Virus record (IMG/VR): IMGVR_UViG_3300020037_007643
Length of the DNA stretch: 64,000 bases
Source: a virus
Strand: one strand, 5' to 3'
The notes under the pieces were generated by a model. The model saw only the letters and a list, made by a program, of their open reading frames with translations, did not search any database and was not told the DNA's origin. Both the position numbers and the translations under genes were made by a program. Of the stretch, positions 57,440 through 64,000 are shown one piece after another. The stretch's first letter is position 1; each line of letters starts with the position of its first letter.

Positions 57440-58180
57440 TTTATTTACTTAATAATGGTTGAAGAACAGGTGGGGAAAAATTCTATCCAGTCCTCCGAGC
57501 CGTGTGCTTTGTATATCGGAGCTATTGGCAATACTGGTCAGGCAAATTGTTTGTTGGGTGCAACCCATTTCAAGAGCAATTGTGGTTTAATCTTTGCGAC
57601 GACCGCCTTGTTTCCCCCCATCTATTCTCCAACTACTTACTGAAATACCTTATTCTGGTGGCAAGGTTAGACTTGCAGAATCCATGGGTTGAATTAGAAA
57701 CGTGGTACGCACCTACATCACCAACTATGTTCTAATGCCTGTAATTCTTTGTAGGTCATACGGCTCACTGTCCGCCACACCAGAGTAAGATATTCCAGTT
57801 TGAGAGTGAGAGAAAGTGTGCGTGGTAAGGTTTGACTTACAAGGTATTCGTGCATTCCCATAGTTTGTCCTACCCACTTAGTAGTTTTCTATGCGGTTCA
57901 CTGCCCGCCACACGCACTTTCTATCACCCTCTATTTGATTTTAATAGATTATTTATTTTGAATTATAAATATTACAACTATTATAAAAGTTATAATACCC
58001 GCTCCAACACAAAATCCTATAAAAAATTTATCCATAGTAATAATTGTTTTAATGTTTTTTTAATCTTCGACTTTTATAATATGCTTATGGGGAAGTAGAA
58101 ATTTTAATACTTGCGTTCGAATACAAGATCTGCACCCCGGCTATTAAAACTTAGGTTCTACACCTATTCCCCCATAAGCA
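57440..58180 (+). ncRNA. ORF-free, G+C visibly higher than the flanks (no composition computed), structured segment: candidate ncRNA or self-folding element
   Basis: Direct repeat CGGCTCACTGTCCGCCACAC / CGGTTCACTGCCCGCCACAC. Inverted match GAAAGTGTGCGTGG / CCACACGCACTTTC. Ends in a 14-bp-stem hairpin ATGCTTATGGGG...CCCCATAAGCAT that encloses TTCGAAT. Strand unknown. The overlapping ORFs are probably spurious. Confidence 0.3.
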
Positions 58181-58182
58181 TA

Positions 58183-58521
58183 TTATAGTTTATATATGCC
58201 TTGATATGGTATGAATACATATTCTTTTCCCTTATTTGATTCTAGAAAGTATTTGTTTGTTTCTTTCTTTGTTATTTTAAGGTTTTTAAGGAATCCTATA
58301 TTCACCGTTTCCCCGATCTCCCAGTTATTATCTAATTGGTTTTTATTTTTTATATAGTTTTTTTTCTCTCTTTCTTCTTTTTCTTTCATTGTTTCTAATT
58401 CCTGTATGTTTTTACCAAGTTTTTCGTAGGCACAATTACTACAAATACAATAACCATTTGACATCATAGGTGATATATTATTGTTTTCTTTTTCACAGTA
58501 ATCACATTTTTGTTTTATCAT
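58183..58521 (-). CDS. Zinc-ribbon protein
   Basis: CDYC..CSNC. Confidence 0.45.
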   Translation of the reverse strand: MIKQKCDYCEKENNNISPMMSNGYCICSNCAYEKLGKNIQELETMKEKEEREKKNYIKNKNQLDNNWEIGETVNIGFLKNLKITKKETNKYFLESNKGKEYVFIPYQGIYKL

Positions 58522-58541
58522 ATTGTATTGTTTTTAAATTA

Positions 58542-58766
58542 TTATCTAGTGTATGGTCTTTTGTATTGTTTTCCATATAATTGGTTGTTTTTATATTCTC
58601 CCTGATCTTCTTTCTTAATGATTCTTTGACATACTTGAATCATGTTAATTAACATTTCTCCTTCTCTTTTCTCTATTTCGATACATTCACCTTTGTACTC
58701 AATCATGTATCCTGTATTCATTTCTCTTACGATTTTGACACTAAATATACTTATTTGAGTTTTCAT
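58542..58766 (-). CDS. Small hypothetical protein
   Basis: 74-aa ORF. Confidence 0.35.
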   Translation of the reverse strand: MKTQISIFSVKIVREMNTGYMIEYKGECIEIEKREGEMLINMIQVCQRIIKKEDQGEYKNNQLYGKQYKRPYTR

Positions 58767-59002
58767 GTTGTTAATTTACTTCTTACTTGTTGCCCTTTTT
58801 CTACATTTTGGTGAACAATATTCTGATAGTTTTGTTTGAGTCGGTGTTTTTCCACACCATGAGCAACAGAGGTATCTAGGTTTTTTTCTCATGTTAATGA
58901 GTTATGATTTGTAATGTTTTTTGAATTGCATCATATTTGTTGGTACTTATCACCAGGATGTTACCATATTTTGCAATCCAGTTGTTATTTGATTTTTTTA
59001 CT

Positions 59003-59320
59003 TCAATGTTTTGCATGTTTTTTGGTTGTATATTTCTGTATTAGGTATTCCATGGGATGGATATAACCCAAATTCATCCAAAAACACAATACCGAATCCA
59101 CTATAGTTTTTTCATATGGGTAATTCTTTTTTGCACATCTATATAATGTAAATAGATATATTCCAAAGATTTTAATAGGTCTTCCACTAATCCAGTTTTT
59201 AGGGCATTTGTATCCTATTTTGTAATACCATGTTTTATTGTATTCTTTTATACATTTAATACATAGATATTTGTATTTCTCTATTTCTGTGAAACATTTT
59301 GCGCAGTTATATTTTTTCAT
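59003..59320 (-). CDS. Zinc-ribbon protein whose C-terminal extension is probably spurious
   Basis: N-terminus CAKC..CIKC. The 3' part is the reverse translation of the 59-bp repeat. Confidence 0.35.
   Translation of the reverse strand: MKKYNCAKCFTEIEKYKYLCIKCIKEYNKTWYYKIGYKCPKNWISGRPIKIFGIYLFTLYRCAKKNYPYEKTIVDSVLCFWMNLGYIHPMEYLIQKYTTKKHAKH
59044..59102. repeat. 59-bp dispersed repeat (58/59 identical to 1891-1949 inside the 1262-aa structural gene)
   Basis: ggtattccatggGatggatataacccaaattcatccaaaaacacaataccgaatccacta versus the same sequence with A at position 13. Confidence 0.8.
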
Positions 59321-59519
59321 GATTTATTCTTTTTATTGTTATTATTTTTAATGAATCTGGTGTTTTTGTTACTTTAATACTAATATTTCTTGCTTTTCCA
59401 CATTTTTCACATAAGCTGAAGTCTATTGCTGTTTTTTGATATATACTTTCCCAGTTTTGTATTCCCTTGAAATCTCTGTAATAATGTTCACAGAATAATT
59501 GTTTAATTAATTGTTTCAT
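59307..59519 (-). CDS. Small Cys-containing protein
   Basis: 70-aa ORF. Confidence 0.35.
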   Translation of the reverse strand: MKQLIKQLFCEHYYRDFKGIQNWESIYQKTAIDFSLCEKCGKARNISIKVTKTPDSLKIITIKRINHEKI

Positions 59520-59523
59520 AGTT

Positions 59524-59895
59524 TTATATTATGTTTTTTTCCATGAGGATTTTCCTTAATTTTGGATTTCCCCAGTTCTTTATTATTTGTGTATTTTTTT
59601 TTGTTATAGTTATATCTATGTAATCTCTATCGCAATTATTGGTAATACACCAAGAGTATTTGTATCCTAAATTTTCTTTTTCACCTCTTTTGTATAAAGT
59701 ATCAATGATAGAAGCTCTATTTAGTAAGTTTTCGTTTGAGCATATCCAAACAATACTTAAGCTTACTGCCCCTTTTGGTATGAAGATTTTTCCTGTTATC
59801 TTTTTATCGTATGCTATTATTTCTATTACATCACCATGTTTAAGATATTTTGCTATTGTTGTAGCATCTGGTGATTCTAAACTAATTGGTCTCAT
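59524..59895 (-). CDS. Paralog family member 2
   Basis: C-terminus IIKNWGNPKLRKILMEKNII. Confidence 0.55.
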   Translation of the reverse strand: MRPISLESPDATTIAKYLKHGDVIEIIAYDKKITGKIFIPKGAVSLSIVWICSNENLLNRASIIDTLYKRGEKENLGYKYSWCITNNCDRDYIDITITKKNTQIIKNWGNPKLRKILMEKNII

Positions 59896-60027
59896 GATGT
59901 TGATTTTAATGATTATTAATGATATATCCCTGGTCTCTTTAACTTATGGGTATATTTCTTATTTAAATGCCTCTATTTACTCTTATACGCCTCACTGTGA
60001 GGTTTAAATGTGTAAGATGGTATCTAG

Positions 60028-60099
60028 TCTCCTTACCATGAATCGAACATGGATTTAATCCTTAGAAGGGATTCGTTCTATCCATTAAACTATAAGGAG
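60028..60099 (-). tRNA. tRNA-Arg (anticodon UCU)
   Basis: Reverse complement has acceptor CTCCTTA/TAAGGAG, D-arm GTTT-AATGGATA-GAAC, anticodon stem AATCC/GGATT, loop CTTCTAA, T-arm CCATG-TTCGATT-CATGG. Confidence 0.7.
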
Positions 60100-60244
60100 A
60101 ACACCACTAAGTTATCATATGATAACTATCATAGTGGTAAAAATTAAAAAGGTCTGAGTATCATTACTAATCCATGCGTGAACATCTAATAGTAAAACTG
60201 GAATGATTTTATGTAACGTTCCACTTTCGTTACCCTTTTCAATG

Positions 60245-60317
60245 TCGGTCATCTTGGATTTGAACCAAGGACTTCCTCGGTATAAGCAAGGCACTCTACC
60301 AACTGAGTTAATGACCG
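60245..60317 (-). tRNA. tRNA-Ile (anticodon UAU)
   Basis: Reverse complement has acceptor CGGTCAT/ATGACCG, D-arm ACTC-AGTTGGTA-GAGT, anticodon stem CCTTG/CGAGG, loop CTTATAC, T-arm CTTGG-TTCAAAT-CCAAG. Confidence 0.65.
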
Positions 60318-60406
60318 ATATCCCTGATGAACCAAGGATATATTGGAACAACGCAGAGTAAGTTGCTACTCCCTGTTTATTCTTGTATTTCACAGTTTCC
60401 AATATG

Positions 60407-60769
60407 CTATATTATGTTTTTCTCCATGAGGATTTTCCTTAATTTACGATTTCCCCAGTTCTTTATTATTTGTGTCTCATCTTTGGTTATTACAAGGTCA
60501 CAATCTGGAATTTCTCTAATACACCAAGAGTACATATACTCAAGATTCTTTCTTTCGTTTCCTCTGTATAAGATTTTAGGTATGGTTGCTCCATCTAAAT
60601 TAGGTTTGTTTGAGCATACCCATACAGTTTCTGATTCTATAGCAAGTGGTATGAAAATTCTCCCTTTTATTTTTTCACTACCTGTTGGTCCTAAAAATAT
60701 TGTTATATTATCCCCATGCTTTAGTTCTCTCCTTATGTCTCTGCAATTTGGATTTACTAAATACTTCAT
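60407..60769 (-). CDS. Paralog family member 3
   Basis: C-terminus IIKNWGNRKLRKILMEKNII. Confidence 0.55.
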   Translation of the reverse strand: MKYLVNPNCRDIRRELKHGDNITIFLGPTGSEKIKGRIFIPLAIESETVWVCSNKPNLDGATIPKILYRGNERKNLEYMYSWCIREIPDCDLVITKDETQIIKNWGNRKLRKILMEKNII

Positions 60770-61696
60770 ATTGCTATATATACTATAATGCTAATAATAA
60801 TGGCTATAGTAAAACCCATATAATAGCCAGTTTTTCTCGCTTGCTTACGCATAACTTCCATATCTTCTTTTGTGTACATGTATTCTTTCATATGTTTTAA
60901 TTTTACTAATAATTATGGTCCCTTCTGGAATTGCACCAGATTCTCTCCCTCCACATGGGATTGTTCTACTGATGAACTAAGGAACCGAAATAAGTATTAA
61001 GGAAGGAGTTTTCGATTGTCTCCTGATTATGGCCGCCTATAATCCCTTTTTCTCAATGGTTAATACTTAAACCCTGTGTTACTCTCAATTTCTCTTAAGT
61101 ACAGGATACAAAAGGTAATATATGATAAAGCCCCTGATGTTTAGGATAAAATCCTTTTAATATATATTACTTTCTATTACTCTATTATTACCTTTTGTAT
61201 TCCACACTCAATAAAAGAAAAATGGAGTAATATGGATAATCAAGTATGTAAGGCGTATGATAGCATATTTATTCTTTGCGTTCATAACTCCTTTTTATTT
61301 CCTTACTTCCTAGGTATATCCCAGCCTGAGCCAGTTTACCCTAAGTTGATTATCCATATTACCCCACTTCTCTTTTAAATTATATATATGATAGAGAGCA
61401 TTAGCCTTAATGCTTTATATATAACCTTCGAATGTTTTTATTTCCTCTCGGACTCTCTGTCATTCTGATTTAAATTACTGGTGTAATCTTTAATTCTTTC
61501 TATTAAATTGTAAAAGTACTAAGCACCCAAAACAATCAATAATCCTCTGTATTGATTATCTTATTGCATAAAGTATATATAGCTAAATATACTTATAGTG
61601 CTCATTATCGGATATAAGCTAGTTGGTTAACCTTTGAGTCCAAGTGTTATTCTATGGACTATATAGTTACTAGTTTGGGTGCTTAATACTCTTACG

Positions 61697-61850
61697 GTAT
61701 ATTCTACTTAGGGGGATGAACTACGAAGTTTTATGTGATTCCGTTCACTAGGTTATAACACCTATTTTCCTATCCAGTATCCGTTTCACAAACGTTAGGA
61801 CTCAGAGTAGTTCTTTGAAAGATACTTCACCCCCATAAGTAGAATATACT
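61697..61850. repeat. Inverted repeat of about 20 bp that flanks roughly 110 bp and shares its core motif with the 58.1-kb hairpin
   Basis: GGTATATTCTACTTAGGGGG ... CCCCCATAAGTAGAATATAC. Core CTTA(T)GGGGG/CCCCCATAAG also occurs at 58094/58170. Confidence 0.5.
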
Positions 61851-62425
61851 TATATTTAATTATTTGAAGAAAATAACTGAAAGAGTCATAAGAATTACAA
61901 TAATACCTAATACTGTATCTATTCTGTCATTCTTAATTACTCCTGTATGATAAAACCCTACGCCTATTATGGCTAATGCTATTGTTTCCATATGATATAT
62001 ATGTTTAAATTACTTAATAATGTTATAAATACTAAAAGCTACCATTAAATCTAATATGAACCATTTATGAAATAACCCCATTATTTACAATATGAGTTGT
62101 TTACATAAAAGCAAGATTCAGTTGATTTATATAAAAATGGTTATAGAGTCTTTACTATCTCTATGTTACAAGATTATTCTTTTTAATGATAGCTTTTAGT
62201 ATTCATAGTTTTGTATTACTAAAACACTTTACTCTGGTGGCAGGGAATCTTTCACTGTTTTTCAAGTTATCCCACCCTGCTGGTTGAACATCCCTTTTAC
62301 GAGGGCGTTGTCGGTCTTTTTTTATGGCGTAAACCACAAGTAGGCACTTTTCTTTAGCTCTACGACCTAGCTTTTCCTTCTTCGGCCACACCAGGATAAA
62401 ATGTTTTAATTTCTTTCTTGTCCTT

Positions 62426-62664
62426 GTTTCTGAGCCCCGTTGTACGTTCCTTCGTAGCGCGGGGGCAGAGAATATAGATAATAGGATATTATAATAGATT
62501 TTACTCGATTTTCAATCGCGATTGGATGATTGTCCGATCCAACACCCATCTCCTATCAAAATAATATTATAATAACACAGCTACTCTATACGGGACCATT
62601 CCTCATAAACAAAAGAAAAAGGGCTATGTTTCCATAACCCTCAATCTTCAGCTTACGCGAGCTC
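62426..62664. repeat. Left arm of a long imperfect inverted repeat (about 240 bp)
   Basis: It is the reverse complement of 63728-63987. The ends are near-perfect. The middle has indels and about 90 percent identity. It contains the palindrome AATCGCGATT. Confidence 0.8.
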
Positions 62665-62874
62665 ACGCACAGTCTCCCCGCCTCAGGAAAAGATTATGAC
62701 CCTACGCCCGCCTTCACCCTAGGGCCCCACTCTTCTTTGGATTATTTATTATTAGCTACTAACTATGTGACCCCATACCTAGTAGTTAATAGCCAGGGCC
62801 CCACTCTTTTTTGGAAGGACAATGCAATACAAATGCAATCCTTATCCAATTATTACTAACATATTACATTCAAT

Positions 62875-63231
62875 ATGGAAAACAAAATCAGTGTGTGGGG
62901 AATTTATGAGAAAGCTGGCAAATACTGCCGAGTTTCAGTAAGCTCCCAATTATTCAAAGAACTCACAAGTCGCACGAATATCTTGCCATTTACCACAAGT
63001 AAAGATGCAAAAGAACGTCCTATCAAAGTGTACAACGTTGATGGTACAAAGATATTTACTCGCGATATTGCACAGTCTAACGATGATGGCACACCTATGA
63101 CTCAGACTGGTACAGATGGTAAAGAATATCCTGTTGTTAAAACTTCTGTCTACATGACAATAAAAGACGCAGAAAAATTCTTGACTAACAAGCCAGACTC
63201 TGTAGAAAAGTACGAGATTAGTATTGATTAG
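62875..63231 (+). CDS. Hypothetical 118-aa protein, the only ORF inside the IR-flanked element
   Basis: ORF MENKISVWGIYEKAGKYCRV...; no transposase-like motifs. Confidence 0.45.
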   Translation: MENKISVWGIYEKAGKYCRVSVSSQLFKELTSRTNILPFTTSKDAKERPIKVYNVDGTKIFTRDIAQSNDDGTPMTQTGTDGKEYPVVKTSVYMTIKDAEKFLTNKPDSVEKYEISID

Positions 63232-63433
63232 TACTAATTAGTGTCTCGGGTCCCTAAAGCCTCGTATAAGCGATTATACGCACGAATAGGGGCCTTGTAA
63301 CGAGCTAGTATGCTTAGTATCTGGTCGAGAACCCCAGAAAAACGCATGTTAGTTCATTACAGGGCTTCTTTAATGTGAGAGTTCCCAGTCTCCCAGACTC
63401 ACGGACTCCCAGATTCAAGTGGTCCCGGTGTTC

Positions 63434-63520
63434 AAACAAATGTTCTCTTTAATAGAGATTAAGCGTTTCGTAGTATCGTATATAAACTACACAATTTCTC
63501 TTTAATAGAGATTAAGCGTT
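63434..63520. repeat. Two direct copies of TTCTCTTTAATAGAGATTAAGCGTT, about 62 bp apart
   Basis: At 63434-63458 and 63496-63520, each followed by similar ...GTATATAA.CTA sequence. Confidence 0.7.
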
Positions 63521-63727
63521 CTATAGAACCGTATATAATCTATAAACAAGGCTAGTTTATACAGCCTCATTATTAGTAACCAACTCAAATATATGTATAT
63601 ACAAGGAGTATTAGGTATCTATGTAGGGCTGTATAAAGCAAACTTCATGAAAGGAATGCCAAAAAACAAATGGTATTTCACGGGTAACTCCATACACGAA
63701 GTAGTGCAAAAAATGACAGCTGTGATA

Positions 63728-63987
63728 GAGCTCGCGTAAGCTGAAGATTGAGGGTTATGGAAACATAGCCCTTTTTCTTTGGTTTATGAGTAGTGGTCCC
63801 GTATAGTTATGTGTTATTAGTTTAGGTCCTGTTATAATATATATTCTATTTTTTATAGGATAGAGGTGTTGGATCGGACAATCACCCAATCGCGATTGAA
63901 AATCGAGTAAAATCTATTATAATATCCTATTATCTATATTCTCTGCCCCCGCGCTACGAAAGAACGTACAACGGGGCTCAGAAACAA
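63728..63987. repeat. Right arm of the long inverted repeat
   Basis: It begins at the shared GAGCTC and extends to within 13 nt of the window end. Confidence 0.8.
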
Positions 63988-64000
63988 TATATTCAAGAAC

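Noticed and set aside
57455-58098. ORFs 57455-57643, 57502-57735 and 57832-58098 (+)
   Set aside because: They overlap one another, sit in a higher-GC repeat-containing segment, and have an implausible His/Cys/Tyr-rich low-complexity composition. Treated as non-coding.
59044-59102. Diversity-generating retroelement (template/variable repeat pair) as an explanation for the 59-bp repeat
   Set aside because: There is a single mismatch, no reverse transcriptase gene in the window, and the second copy is not at the 3' end of a target gene.
60115-60402. 95-aa ORF on the minus strand
   Set aside because: It overlaps both minus-strand tRNA genes (Arg and Ile) completely; spurious.
63434-63520. CRISPR array or iteron array
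   Set aside because: Only two copies of a 25-bp repeat, and no cas genes. Listed as a plain direct repeat.

Overview
The window is AT-rich and densely coding, and it looks like part of a large virulent phage genome; no host-type housekeeping genes are apparent. The main content, left to right, is listed here.

- **1-14 kb, + strand:** A virion or ejection-protein module. It holds the C-terminal end of a structural gene, a 1262-aa protein with three PG_binding_1 repeats, an M23 peptidase, a 718-aa Ser/Thr-rich protein, and a 2129-aa giant protein. The giant protein carries a His-Me (HNH-like) motif and an 'ADQDGDKM' stretch resembling the multisubunit RNA polymerase catalytic loop (NADFDGDQM).
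- **14-33.7 kb, - strand:** A replication, recombination and host-takeover module. It contains a GroEL-like chaperonin, an AAA ATPase, a 2H phosphoesterase, a dUTPase-like protein, peptide deformylase, SbcC and SbcD, a RuvC-like resolvase, RecA, a metallophosphatase, a prim-pol/DnaB-like primase-helicase, a DnaC-like loader and an HNH endonuclease.
- **33.8-38.4 kb, + strand:** An SNF2 helicase, an SPFH protein, a prepilin-like protein and a HAD phosphatase.
- **38.4-39.5 kb:** An ORF-free segment of about 1 kb with a visibly higher G+C content than the flanks (no composition was computed). It lies directly downstream of a consensus promoter and is a candidate large structured ncRNA.
- **39.5-41.5 kb:** A tRNA array (Pro, Met, Gln, Tyr and three class-I tRNAs with Leu anticodons) interspersed with two HNH endonucleases and a glutaredoxin.
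- **41.7-50 kb:** An amidase_2 endolysin, a holin-like gene, secreted proteins and many small Cys-rich proteins.
- **50-60.8 kb, - strand:** A GATase class II protein plus a large GS-like enzyme, many zinc-ribbon proteins, a three-member paralog family, and two minus-strand tRNAs (Arg-UCU and Ile-UAU).
- **57.4-58.2 and 60.9-64 kb:** ORF-poor, higher-GC structured segments. These include an element of about 1.5 kb flanked by roughly 240-260-bp imperfect inverted repeats.

A nearly invariant promoter-like motif of about 45 bp (TTGACT-N17-TATAAT with a conserved spacer) recurs at least nine times, oriented with the gene blocks. Several copies sit 6 nt upstream of an ATG, which implies leaderless mRNAs.

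All coordinates I derived by hand may be off by 1-2 nt.
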